From: Glycera tridactyla
Lineage: Eukaryota
Direction of reading: 5' to 3'
Assembly: GCA_965644265.1 (NCBI GenBank)
Contig: OZ286468.1
Span: 47,554,001 to 47,618,000 of the forward strand
Length of the DNA stretch: 64,000 bases
Made by a program: the position numbers and the translations under genes. Each line of letters begins with the position of its first letter. Within the stretch, counting starts at the first letter, position 1. Positions 37,100 through 50,700 of the stretch are shown here, in pieces. The notes below the pieces were generated by a model, which was not told the DNA's origin, searched no databases, and saw only the letters and a list, made by a program, of their open reading frames with translations.

Positions 37100-37610
37100 T
37101 ATTGTAAATGTGACCCTGTATTGACATGTAATCATTATAATTGTTACAAACTTTCAGGTCAAGTGTAACTATGTATATATATCTAACACAATGAAACATT
37201 TCATAGTTATAGCCATTCAGCCTATCATGATGTCTTATGGAAAATGTTGTCCCTGTGATTTCCACGAATGAGTTAAACAATGAAATAAAGAACCAATAAT
37301 CAATTTTTGGTCTCAATCAATCATATCGTTCCTCCATTCTCTCATGCTGTATGTGATGAGTATATTTCCGGAAGATATGGACCAAGCTTCTCTTCATTTC
37401 ATTGAGTTTCGTTTTGTTGCACTGTTTGTACTCCTGGGACAATAAAGTCTCAGTATAGGGATATTCATCTAGTTCTCTGCTGGCAAAAATGTCAACTCCC
37501 ACGTGACCAATGCAAAACATTCCATCTTCAGTGTGTAATTCATACACTTTATCCACACTATCAGCTTTACTTGTGAAATGTGTAAGGTATCTCACAGCAA
37601 TTGACTGCAT
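37100..37610 (-). mobile_element. Possible decayed Polinton accessory ORF
   Basis: DKVYELHTEDGMFCIGHVGVDI and TTFSIRHHD resemble the D..FGI...DG.F.IG motif recalled from Polinton ORFs; lies next to the integrase remnant. Confidence 0.35.
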
Positions 37611-38584
37611 GACCTTTCACGATCACGGAGACAACTCATGCCATTATTGCAATTTCATCTGCATTATTGACAAACCCTGACACATCTTGGGGATTTCTAT
37701 ATTTCAGCATGATCAGAGGGAATGACCTCAAGATCAATGTAGTTTGCGAATACAAATATAACTGGGCTCCGAAATAAGTTGTTATCATTATCTGTATCCA
37801 TGGTTATGGTTGCCATGGCAACCAACAGAGTAGAGAAATCTCTCTAAAATGATACATTTCGCAATCTCGCCATGAGTTTTGAGCTGATAGATATGAATAT
37901 TGCATGTAATTATATTCAGATATTTGGCCTCCAAGAGATCCCATGGGGGCTACTTAAATTTCCTTCTAGTTCTCAAATTTTTCAAGGTCAAATATCAACT
38001 CATATTGAAAAAAATAGCCTTTTCCCCATGTTTATTCCATGATATCATGAAAAAACATTCATATCTCAGTAGCCCCCAGGATGTACTGATAGAGACCTCC
38101 AATATGAACGAAACCCTGTGCCCCTTTCGTGTGTAAGCAATGGACTCAAGCCCTGGATTTCAAAAATGTGTGATTTCGGGTGAAAATTCTTGGTTGCCAT
38201 GGAAGCCATGGCAAACTCTGGACTGATTTGTCAAACTCTGTTCAAATGAAAGCTAGTCATTTCAGTCAGGAAAGTGAGGAAATGATATTCCGGCCCAAAA
38301 TCTGGGATAAACATGAATTGGCAGGATCAGGTTTGAGCATACCATGGATTGCATCAATGACATGAGAAGGTGACGAATTACAAGCATGGGAGCGACTCGG
38401 TTGAGTTGTGCTCAAATGAGTATGAAAAGAAATCGATTGTGATTGAGAGATGGAAAAGAACCATGAAGAAGAGGAGGTATTTCTCAGCAGTGCAACAATA
38501 TATATCATACATCAATCAATATAACAGTAAAACAGGATAGTCAGAAGAAATATGAAAAATATGATTAATATGATTCTGTGAGTA

Positions 38585-40300
38585 CGCATTTTACCGTAGG
38601 AGACAAGGTGAGAATCTTTGAGAAGAATACATTTGAACAGGGATGTATACTAAGATGGACCAAAATTTATTTTGCCCATCTTAGGTGACAAGTGTTCATC
38701 AAACAAATCCACCAACCATATAGGCATGGATTTCAATGGTGATGAAATTAGTGGCATTTTATCAGCAGGAGCTACAGAAATGAGGTGGCATTTGATCAGC
38801 AGGAGCTACGGAAATGAGGTGGCATTTGATCAGCAGGAGCTACAGAAATGAGGTGGCATTTGATCAGCAGGAGCTACAGAAATGAGGCGGCATTTTACCA
38901 GCAGGAGCTACAGAAATGAGGTGGCATTCTATCAGCAGGACCTACAGAAATGAGGTGGCATTTTATCAGCAGGACCTATAGAAATGAGGTGGCATTTTAT
39001 CAGCAGGAGCTACAGAAATGAGGCGGCATTTTATCAGCAGGAGCTACAGAAATGAGGCGGCATTTGATCAGCAGGAGCTACAGAAATGAGGTGGCATTTT
39101 ATCATTAGGAGCTACAGAAATGAGGTGGCATTTTCATCAGCAGGAGCTACAGAAATGAGGTGGCATTTGATCAGCAGGAGCTACAGAAATGAGGTGGCAT
39201 TTGATCAGCAGGAGCTACAGAAATGAGGTGGCATTTGATCAGCAGGAGCTACAGAAATGAGGCGGCATTTTACCAGCAGGAGCTACAGAAATGAGGTGGC
39301 ATTTGATCAGCAGGAGCTACAGAAATGAGGTGGCATATGATCAGCAGGAGCTACAGAAATGAGGCGGCATATTATCATTAGGAGCTACAGAAATGAGGTG
39401 GCATTTTTATCAGCAGGAGCTACAGAAATGAGGTGGCATTTTATCAGCAGGAGCTACAGAGTTGAGATGGCATTTTATCAGCAGGAGCTACAGAAATGAG
39501 GTGGCATTTTATCAGCAGGAGCTACAGAAATGAGGTGGCATTTGATCAGCAGGAGCTACAGATATGAGGTGGCATTTGATTAGCAGGAGCTACAGAAACA
39601 AGGTGGCATTCGACCAGCAGGAGCTACAGAAATGAGGTGTCATTTTATCAGCAGGAGCTACAGAAATGAGGTGGCATTTTATCAGCAGGGGCTACAGAAA
39701 TGAGGCGGCATTTTATCAGCAGGAGCTACAGAAATGAGGCGGCATTTTATCAGCAGGAGCTACAGAAATGAGGTGGCATTCGATCAGCAGAAGCTACAGA
39801 ATTGAGGTGGCATTTTATCAGCAGGAGCTACAGAAATGAGGTGGCATTTTATCAGCAGGAGCTACAGAAATGAGGTGGCATTTGATCAGCAGGAGCTACA
39901 GATATGAGGTGGCATTTGATTAGCAGGAGCTACAGAAACAAGGTGGCATTCGACCAGCAGGAGCTACAGAAATGAGGTGTCATTTTATCAGCAGGAGCTA
40001 CAGAAATGAGGTGGCATTTTATCAGCAGGAGCTACAGAAATGAGGTGGCATTTGATCAGCAGGAGCTACAGAAATGAGGTGGCATTTGATCAGCAGGAGC
40101 TACAGAAATGAGGTGGCATTTGATCTGCAGGAGCTACAGAAACGAGGTGGCATTTTATCAGCAGGAGCTACAGAAATGAGGTGACATTTTATCAGCAGGA
40201 GCTACAGAAAAAGTCAAGAGGTATTCAGGATAGAGAAGGTCGTCAGGAGGAAGGGAAAGAAGCCACTAGTGGAAAGGTTAAGATATCTAGACTCTAGCTG
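38585..40300 (+). mobile_element. Decayed Polinton/Maverick-type integrase C-terminus with chromodomain, split by a minisatellite
   Basis: Left flank translates (with frameshifts) to HFTVGDKVRI..KNTFEQG...RWT...VHQTNPPT...DFNGDEISG.FYQQELQK. Right flank gives QEVFRIEKVVRRKGKKPLVE.L.Y.DS. Both match the recalled Polinton integrase tail. Confidence 0.8.
38755..40210 (+). repeat. 34-bp minisatellite, ~43 copies (ggcattttatcagcaggagctacagaaatgaggt)
   Basis: Period 34 measured directly (e.g. 38821 to 38855); variants tttgatc/ttttatc and ggtgg/ggcgg. Confidence 0.97.
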
Positions 40301-40959
40301 TCGTCTTTGGGGTCTACAAATCTAGTCCAGTCATCCACGGCCTTATCATGCGTGAATAAGTCAAGCTGATGAAAAACTACTGACATCGCTCTCAATATGA
40401 TATTGACCAAGATCACTTTGTGTCAGGTATCTTACAGCAATTGGGCCGTATGGCTTATCAGGATCACGTACTTCTGGCACTATAATGCTTGGAATCTGTC
40501 GAGGATAGGTTAGTACTTGTGGATTACTTATTCCTCTACTTGTGCGTTTCAGCTATCTCTCCTTGTTTTTTCTTGTTTTGGAGATCTTCGAGGGATCTGT
40601 TTGAACATCAGCATCACCCATACGTTCAACACGATCAGCTAGTTGAATGTCCTTTAGTTTTAAGCTAATCTGAAAATTCGGTCTCGTTCTCAGGTTCACC
40701 CATTTCCAAGAATGAAATTTTCAATCGTCTAAAGTTACTTGAGAAATGCTTTAGTAATGTTTTTTTGGGTGATGTTTTAAGGATTTTTCTTTGATGTTTT
40801 TCTGATGTTTTTAGGAATGTCCTTTGTTATGTCTTTCATTGTGTTATATGAAATGTCTATGGTCTTATTTCACATCTTATGTGTAATCCGAATTTGATTC
40901 GCAATCTTGTCATTTAATTTTTGAAAGGACTCACATGCTACTGTACGAACTAGCTCAAT

Positions 40960-41400
40960 CAGAGATTTCTCAATTTTAGCCTCGATGTTTTAATTGATTA
41001 ACTGCTGAGTTCTCCCTTCATCTCTCTGAATTTGTGTAGCTCACCGATTAGTAGTCTAAATTCTTCATCACTTATTCCATTATCTTCTCAATGCTTTTGA
41101 ACTTTGGCCACGAATAGTATTCAATTCAGCTTCTGCTAATATTTTCGTCTTTTAGTGCCTCTCAAATTTCGAGCTCAAGTTCCTGTTGAATTGCTTTCCG
41201 ACAACACTGAGCAATCCTTTTCCAAGAGAAACTCCCTCTATTGCAAGTATTACTCGAGCAGCAACAAAAGCTGATGACGAACCAAAACCAACAACTCCTA
41301 ACCCTTACTTGTTGCAACAAGTAAGGTGTTACGGTGTCAATATTACTAACAACTTTCACACCATCAATGCTTGGGCGAAAAACCTACCAGCCACGATTGA
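40960..41400 (-). mobile_element. Decayed Polinton-associated ORF (hydrophobic hairpin + ISDEEFRL motif)
   Basis: Minus strand reads GLGVVGFG...VILAIEGVSLGKGLLSVVGKQFNRNLSSKFERH*KTKILAEAELNTI...SKAL.DNGISDEEFRLLIGELHKFREMKGEL, resembling a conserved ORF recalled from invertebrate Polinton-like elements. Confidence 0.65.
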
Positions 41401-42324
41401 CCTTTACAGATTTTAACTGTGACATTGGAGATACAACCGACATGACCTCAGTTCGTGACTTAGAATGACCTATGAGCGAGGTTACCAGCAGGCTTCCTAC
41501 ATTGGGTGAGGAAGCATGTGAAAGTCTAAATAATAATGATCACACAAAGTCATTTCATTCTCCACCATTTTGCTGACAGCCCCTTGAGGCCGGGGACATA
41601 GAAACACCACGACAAAATCGGGAAACACCATGCCCCCCATCATATATTGACGCGGCCACTCGTCCGACGTATGATTCTACCATCACAGCTCGTAAAGTCA
41701 TAGGTACCATCGAGTTTGATGTATACAACCTTATTGCACCAACCCCCCCCCCCCCCCTCCTCAACATTCACGGTCCTGGAGTTACCGCTAAATATCGACT
41801 ACTCTCTCGCTACCATTTGAAACCAATGAATAAGAAAATTCACATATGGCAGATAATCAATGCAATCTTTCCTCAAGTCGAATATTTTTCCGATTAAATT
41901 AGAAATTGCTGAGAACAGGGCTGTGAACTTTTTTCCAATACCACTGTCCGAGCCTGAGCGTCCGGATCTTTCCAGCGCTGCTGTCAACTATTTATGGGTG
42001 ACAGGTCTGATATTGGCGAGGCGCAACCTTTCGTAGTCACTGATTATAGCATCATCGCTAACCTATGACCATTGTTCTCAGATCCCAGATAGGTGATATG
42101 TAGCTCATGTCTGTTTCCCTGTCTAGAGCTCCATATTGGGGGGGGGGGGGGGGGGGCGGGGGCTGGGGAGACCACTGATATGGTCTGTGACTATCAGTGT
42201 AGTGTCTGGCTCACTCATACTGGTATGCATCCTCACACCCGCGCCTGCAGCGCAAGCTGTTTAAAATTCGGGTGCAGTATGAAGACGCTATCACCATGAA
42301 TATACATCAAGGTGGGCAAGAGAA

Positions 42325-42610
42325 ATTTTCACTGTGACACACTGTTCATCAAACAAATACACCAACCTATAAAATCACTCATTTTATTGAACATGCAATT
42401 GAGGGGACAATTGATGAGCAGGAGCCACAGTAAACAAGGAGGTCGTCTGGAAGAAGAGATATGGTTAGGTTATCCAGACTCATTCGATTCAAGGGTCGAC
42501 ATAATCTGGTGGGGTCGTGAGATTTACGGCCGTCTTCAGGGTCAACAGGTCTACTCCACTGCCTTATCTTCGATGAATAAGTTAAGCTGATAAAAACTAC
42601 TGATATCTCT
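42325..42610 (+). mobile_element. Second, more deleted Polinton-type integrase/chromodomain fragment
   Basis: VHQTNTPTYKI...IEG...EQE and IWLGYPDSFDSRVD; followed by gaataagttaagctgataaaaactactgatatc, also found after the first copy (~40355). Confidence 0.65.
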
Positions 42611-42689
42611 CTAGATATTACTATTACAATGATTTAAATACAGATGAGCTGCAGTGCAGTAGACACCTGCTTTCTATTCGTTTGGATGC

Positions 42690-44160
42690 ATACATAAAAA
42701 ACATACATACACATACATTCATATCCTCTTCAGGTGAAGTAGGCTACTGTCTGCCACTCTCTTAGATATGACAAGGGCTGTATTTGTGGTCTTCAAAGTA
42801 GTTGTCTAGCTTTCACCTGAGAGTGTTGACGGTTAGGGACCCTGCAACTGCCGTTGGCAATGCATTCTGAGCATTTTTATATGTGGGTTGAAGAAATTCT
42901 GACGGGTCTCAAGACAGCATGATGGTTTGTTTAATCTAAGCAAGTGACCTCAAATTGTTTGATATTGGTTATTTCCCAGTAGATAGTGGTTTAAATTGAA
43001 CTTATTTATGGGATGTTTCCATACAATGCCCCCCTGATTGTTTGTATCAACTTTTATTTGCAAACATTGACCAATTGGTCACATTAAATGTCACAAAGAC
43101 CGATGAAGACAGGCAATAAAGAAAAAAAGCGACAAGATAGCATTGCTAGATGGAGAAACTTGATGAGTAGTCACCAACTGGAATAAGGTCGGGCTTCTGA
43201 GTTCATGAGAGATCATACACTAAGTTGAATAGTGTAGCATTCAGTTAGCAAACTTTGTTGATAACCCGGCTTTGGAACGGCTTCAGGAATCATACACTAA
43301 GTTGAGAAGTGTAGATTCTATGCTGGTTTGGAAAGGCAATGGTCCATGAGTTGGAAACAGATTGACTGATAAACTGATAGGCTGATAGGTAGGTTACTAT
43401 GTTGCACACATAAGTCTATACCATTTGGGTAATAATCTCATGTATATCATGCATAGGATATCTATCTGGTGTAGTCTATCACGGTAATTTAAGTGATGTA
43501 TACTGGCGATGATCTGGGTGCCCCTGCATAGAACATTTTGGTCAATCTTTTGGATGTTTTGCTAGGTAAGTGTAGCTACGCCTGATCACGCCAAGGAGGC
43601 TGTTTGCTTTATATGTTTGTAGTTCTGTTTGTCTAGCGAAATCTAATTTTGGGATGCTCATATATGCAATGAGTATGAGTAGTGTGGATTGCTATCACCC
43701 GGATGGAGTGCTATGCATTTTTGCATATCAAAGTATCGTTACCACTGTTGTAACCATGATGTTAGTTTGCTGAGATCCGCTGGGAGTGCTAAGTAGTCTA
43801 AGTGGTCTGTGATATTGTGGTAAGCTTTGCCAAAAAGTTTTTGGTATTGCCAGCAATTATTCGGCATTCAGAGGAAATATAGTTTGGGGAGTCAATAATG
43901 AAAACTATGAACAACACTGGGCCCAGGAAGCTTCCCTGAGGGATCCCAGTGAGTACATTTGTGATGAAGATGCGTTGGCCAGGGAAGTTTTCTATCCAAT
44001 TCAGTGTCTGACCTTTGATACCATACCCTCCAAGCTTGGAAACTAGACATTTATATCAAAAGAAACTAATTAAGCAATTTCAGGGTAGAAGACATAGGCC
44101 CATGTGCTTGGACAGATAGATATCCAAGTTTGCTAGGTAGATATTGAATTCAACTGCCTG
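42690..44160 (-). mobile_element. CR1-like LINE RT remnant
   Basis: Minus strand SKLGGYGIKGQTLNWIENF...TGIPQGSFLGPVLFIVFIID...QRDLSKLTSWLQQW; microsatellite tail near 42700. Confidence 0.8.
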
Positions 44161-44391
44161 ATTTAGTTGGAAAATTATAATGAATACAGGTGGATCTTTC
44201 AGATCTCATTCCCATTTTTGGTGTCTTTCAGCTTCGAATTCCAGGATCATTTGTATTTCATGTTCTGCTTTATATGTCCTGTGATACTTTCGATGAAAAG
44301 GGATGTGGGACTTATGTCTAATTGAAATCCAATAAGCATTTATAAAGATGGTCATGAGCCTTTTATTTATATCATACTTCAGTGAGAAGAG

Positions 44392-44790
44392 ATGGCGTTT
44401 GATGATCTATTGAGGAAACATATTGGTGAATATGGTCGCTATCAAGTTCTGATGACAGTCAACATAATGATGGTCATAATGTTGGGTGTATCCAGTACGA
44501 TCGAGTTGATCTTCACCACCTACACTCCACCATTCTTCTGTGATCCAGGCGAGCCACACAATGAATCAGAATCTGTGTCCAGGAATATGCTGACCACTGA
44601 CATGACAACAACCAATTCCATCAATGGTGTAACGTCATCCCTACAAGTGACCAATATACCAAATGACCAATGCTATCTTCCGGGCAACGAAAGCAGTACA
44701 ATGACAGGTGAACCATTCCAAGAAGATAAGATCAAGTGCGATGAGTGGACCTACCAAAAAGATGTGAGGACTTCAACGATCGTGACTGAG
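44392..44790 (+). CDS. SLC22 gene C exon 1
   Basis: MAFDDLLRKHIGEYGRYQVL...CDEWTYQKDVRTSTIVTE, followed by gggagt where the paralog has gtgagt. Confidence 0.9.
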
Positions 44791-47700
44791 GGGAGTTATT
44801 TTCTGTACTTTTTCCAAAATATAATGCGGAAAGATCAGATGGCAGGTAGCAATGATTGGATGGCGGACAGAGAACTTTTGACTGATATTCAACAAACAGA
44901 TAGCCCATAGACAACGCAGCTTGTCATCTATAATCTGTAATGATTGAATGTATTTCCAACATGGGAAATGCAAATTCTCCATATTGCCCCTAGGATAATT
45001 GTCAAGCCATCACCATCACCACCACAACCACGACGACGACAACCACCACCACCAGCGTATTTTCCTTGTATTCTACTTTTCGACACACAGGACATCAATG
45101 GAGCTGTAGCTCCCCCGTCAATATAACTTTATATTTCTATTCATCTACAAGTAAAACTCCAGAAAGTATATACGGCTATCTGTCTCTTTTCATCCACAGT
45201 TCAACCTCGTCTGTGGACGCGAAGTCCTTGTTGCCACAACCAAAAGTCTCTATATGGTTGGCTTTCTCTTTGGAGTATTCTCTGGGGGATATTGTTCAGA
45301 CAGGTAAAGGAGCTACCTCTATTTATTGCCCCCAATGCTTCCAAAAGTCAAATGCCATGGTCTCCACCCGCTTACTAATAGAACTAGGCATGTATGCCGA
45401 AAAAAGGATGCCTGGTAACACACATCTCCTCTGCTGGTGATTGTGAGAGAAATTAATTCGAATTTCCCGCCATTCAAGTGGGCGCCACATTCATCCAGTT
45501 CACCTGCTGCTCACTGTATTGAAATGGCTGGGATAGGGATAACTTACTCTCAAAACTAAATCATTGAATTTCACTTATGAATCACTAAATCATACAATGA
45601 ATCACTTTGATGCCTCCCAAGATTAAGATGCTTCAAAGTATACCCATAATGCGCAATTAAATATCAGTTCAAAGTGAAATAAGATAAATGGTAGAGAGTA
45701 TTCATATCATTAGCAGTATCAAACCTGATAGAGAGTCAACATCGATCATGAACTGGCAGGAAGCAGGAGCCATTTTCATGAAAAGTAGACTCATAAAGAG
45801 CTTCCCGAGTAATCCATACAAAGCAGACATGCCTTTACAACGACCATACAAGATTTTATGGAAATCGGAGCAGTTCATCACTCTCAGTTGGCTATCCTAA
45901 AAAAACTGTTAAAATTTGTGCAATTTTTTGTCATCTAAACTGCAGTCCCAAGTGGCAGTGGTAAGAAGAAGGGAATGAACACGGTCCTAAGAGCTTGGTT
46001 ACCACTCCGTGCTTCTGCCTGTCTGGTAGTCGATGAATAACTACAAGCGGATAACAAAGTGGAACAATTGACAGGGTCATCATCTCAGGGTGATTCTATG
46101 TGATATTGCATCAGGAGCATGAATGAAAATTGTGTAATCTGAATACACCGTGGCATTAAAATCCCTTGATTCTTTTATCAGATAAGGCACTTTGAGTGTC
46201 TCTGAAATTGATGATTTGTCACTTTTTTGGGGACCCAGTAGACGCACTAAATGATCCCACTCAGGTCAATTCTATTGACGTCTCAGTAAAACCTGGATGT
46301 TGCTCGCAACCAACCATCTCCACCTGAGTATCTGGAGCATATGCAGTCACCCAGATGTTAAGAGACGGAATACCATTCAGACCAATTCTATGTATGTAGT
46401 TGTATGAATAGACATAGTGTCACATTCAAGACTATGCTAGGACTGAACATGAGATGACTTTGATGCCAACACATTCTATTCGGCTGTAGATTTGGACGTC
46501 GTGTCACATGCTTGACCATGCTTGGACTGCTGCTACTGCTGCGGTTAGTGAGTGCTTTCAGCAACAGCTGGGCGATGTTTGTATCCATACGCCTGCTCAT
46601 TGGGTGGATGCATAGTGCCACCAGTTTGATCTCTTTCATCCTAGGTGAGTGTCAGAAACATGAAACATGAATTGAATAAATCAATGTATGAGGAAGGGAT
46701 TCATCCATATGAATAATTTATGTATAAGTATTCTTATATCAGGTAGGGATTTATATGCCAGTATTTCTCAGGGACTGTGACACCTGCAAGGGCAGGAATG
46801 TCTCAACTTGCCTGACACTTATATTCTTCAGCCTTCCTGCCTAAGCCTGATGCATTCTGATTCTGGAATGGTACTTTGGGTTTCTGTAATCTGACCTTCT
46901 GTTCTGGAATCAGGATTCCGAAATGACGTCACACATGCCCATTGCATGGATGTCTCAATACGGCCCAAATAATAATTGAGTATGTTGAATGAATAAACAT
47001 CCAAACAATCTACCATACAATCAATCACCAGCCACCAAGCAACAACCAAACAACCAACCAACTTAATTATCAAACATCCAACAAACCTACCGACCAACGA
47101 ACAAACTGACTAACCAACAAGCCAACTGACCAACCAACCCACCAACCAACCAATCAATCACTCAATCAACCATGATAACCAGTGAATCATCCACCATCAG
47201 CCATCCAACTAAGCAACCTACTAACAAACCAGTCTTCTACTCCATCCCACAAAAAACAGGGAGTCGCATCCTTTACTCAGGTCTGGTTTTCAACAAATGG
47301 GTCAGCAGCACACTTTTTCCTATTTATTTGTTTTATTATTGATTTCGGCAGCTTCAGAGTTGGTGGGACCAAGGCGGAGGGTGTGGATCAATTTCCTAAT
47401 GCATCTGATGTGGACCTTCGGTTACCTCATGACACCTGGTGTTGCATATTACATTCGGAGCCGATTCCTACTTGAGATGGTCTTCACTGCAATCAATTCC
47501 CCTCTCATCATGCTATTTTTGTGAGTGTAATAAGGAGGGGTGGTATATATCAAAAACTGTAAGAGTAAGAATAAGAGTAAGAACAGGGGGGAAGGGATCC
47601 TATGAAGACCTTGTGCAAACACATGGAAGATAGATGATGATGATCATAATGCAATTGATGATGAATAATAGCTTTTTGGCCATGAAAAGAGTTTGAATTC

Positions 47701-50700
47701 CGTTAATGTATATATCAATGATCAAATTGATATAAGCTAATGTAGGACATGTTGTAGCTAAAACTAGTAGTAAGAAGCGAGTGTAACGGACTATGTCTAA
47801 GACGTAAAGCGGCATATGGTGTGAAGAATGTGAGAAATATTCTTACTAGATGCCTCTGGGTGTCACAGGGTGAAGATTTCATACAAGTGGCTATCCAAGG
47901 TGAGAAGAAATGCTACTGATGCGCCAGACAGAAGTCTTCTACAAGTAGGCTATGGATATCAATCTTCCGTTTGAAAGCTGATAGAGAAGGAATTTGAGCT
48001 CTGGAATAATTTGATTTCAATATTAGGCTCCTCTATAACTGATGTTTCTGTCAGAGAACCATGGTCTATTCAAAAGAATTTCAGTAGATGATGTTTCCAT
48101 CAGACAACTATAGTCTATTCAAAGGAACCCCAGTAGACAATCATTCATTAGGCTTGTGGCTCTTCATGTTGTTGGGCCAATATGGTGGGCTCTTGCCCTA
48201 CTGAAGATTGTGTAGGTCAGCCATATTTCACTTGATCCAGATACAGCACCATGAACTTCACCACTGATTATTTACAAGGGCCAGTTCGTGACACATTTCG
48301 TATAATTCCATCGCAAATGATAATCTTCAAATCTGAAGCTTGAGGTAGAAGATGGTAGAACTCAGTTTCAAATATTTTAACCAGGTTCTTTCTTCGTAGC
48401 ATGGCGGAAGAATACTCTGCTGAATTTGCAAAACAAACGTTTTCATCAGTCTATCTGGTTAAGAGCATCATGTCATTTTCAGGTCATTCTACTGATTATT
48501 GTCCAGTCATAGCACCAGCACCATTACCATCACCATCGCCATCACCATAACCATCACCATCATCACCATCACCAGCACCAGCACCAGCACCAGCACCTGC
48601 ACCATCATCATCACCAGCACCAGCACCAGCATCAGCACCATCACCATCACCATCACCATCATCACCATCTAGTTTCAGGTGGAATGCACATTGTTGGCGA
48701 GGAGGGATTACTAGATTGTTGACTGAATAATGTGGTAATCACTGGCTTTCATAGCTTTGGACAAATATGCATGTCTCATTGAACAATGTGATGAAGTTGC
48801 GGCATACTGAGTTGTATTTGATCTTTGGACAAGGCATAGAATATGAAGACCTTCGGGAAGAGATATGTGATATGTGTTTGGAGAGGTCACTGAGAATTTT
48901 CGAAAATGTAATTATTGTTATGGTTTTCATTCTGGTATCCTTAGCGAGTTCTCCCGACTTCACAATAACATTCCCTGGCAGGTCCCTTCAGGCCTGAGCC
49001 ATTCTCATCTCCCTGAAGAGTACAAAGTCACAGATACAGAGTTTACTGCATGAGCTACGCACTCTACAATGACCATCACTGCGTATATCCAAAAACCCAT
49101 TCACACCTGAATGGAATCAATTAGTGGCTTACAGAGGTCCCAGTCATTGACCTCCACACAGAAGTGCCTCCTTAGTGAGTAACGCAGATCATACATATCT
49201 GTGTAATGATGCAGGTGCGGTATGGAAATGTGAACCTCGCCCATGCCGATCACCTATCTGAGGAGTCCTGCTAACTGTTGTAAACAGGCATCTTGGCACC
49301 CCATTCTATATCGATCTCTATCAATATCCATGTTCTCTATATCAAGAATATGTCATTCATTGCAGCATCATGCCGGAATCACCACGTTGGCTCTTGGCAA
49401 AAGGGAGAGCAGCAGAGGCTGATCGAATTTTACAGGTTATGGCAAGATGCAATGGACGCCCACCACCACCAAAATTTGATGCACACATCTGCATTCAAGA
49501 GGTAATCATCATCACCGGTAACATTGGCCTCACTTCATCATCCATCGTTTATCATTCATCACTCATAGTCACCACCACCACTACCGCCGCCACCACCTCC
49601 ACCACCACCACCACCACTACCACCACCACCACCATCACCACCAATCAAATCTCGGGGCTTTTTCACTAAGGAAAAGGGTGCACTCACTCTTGGGTGCTTC
49701 CTTTTGTGTTCTCACCTGGGGGCATTTGCAATTATTGTAGGTGTAGTGCCTTGTTCGCATTTCACTAATGGTGCTCTTACGTAATATGTGCGAGCACCTA
49801 CTGCTTCAGCTATTATGGAACCACGAAAACATTCACAACGAGCCTAGGGCTCTAGCAGCCTGTTTCACAAAGATGGTAAGTGCACTCAATCATGGTGGTG
49901 CACTTGACGGTGCACCCACTACCGTGATTTGCTCTTAATGGAATACATAGTGAGAACACTTTAGTAGGAGTACCGATGTAAGAGTTTTTCCGATGCTGAT
50001 TAGGTGCATCATGTTTAAGTTCACGAACAATCTCAGTAAAACAGGCCCCAGGAAAAGAATCTTTGATTGTCAGTATGATTAGACATACTGTATGCTGTTG
50101 CTACTGCTGGTATTGATGGTGGGGTTGTGGCCATTTGATGAATTCATCTTAATTATGCCTTCTCTCATGACCCTTTGTAGGAAGATATAAGTGCGAAAGA
50201 CACGTGGAAAGATTTCCTCAAATCGAAGCACCTGATTGTGAGATCACTTGTACTTTATCTAACATGGTAAGTGTATAAAAAAATCTGCATGTGAGACATA
50301 CCTGAGTAACTTTTGCTGATGGAACAGTCGGGCCGAGGGCATAATTCATATCTACACAGATCATGCAAAAATATGACCTTCCAACTCAATTCAAAACGAT
50401 TACGATATCATAGCCTTCAGCCTCTTGAAATCCCTACGCCAGGGCCACTGTTTGGGATATCGTGATTAGATCCCAAAATCATGGGATCCCGCTTTCATTC
50501 ATCAGATAATGTCGAGTCTGGAGTCTATATGTAGTATTGGTCTGTATATTGAGGTCCGGTTCAGTGTGGTGGTCTTTATATGCAGGTCATCGATATGATG
50601 AATGTAGACCCGGCTGTGGTGAAATCCATGATATCTACATCTCACTGAAAGTACCTATTTTGACTACAGATCGATGTCATTGCTCCTGTACTGATTTCTA

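Noticed and set aside
38755-40210. CRISPR-like appearance of the 34-bp array
   Set aside because: Units are directly adjacent with no unique spacers, there are no cas genes, and the context is eukaryotic.
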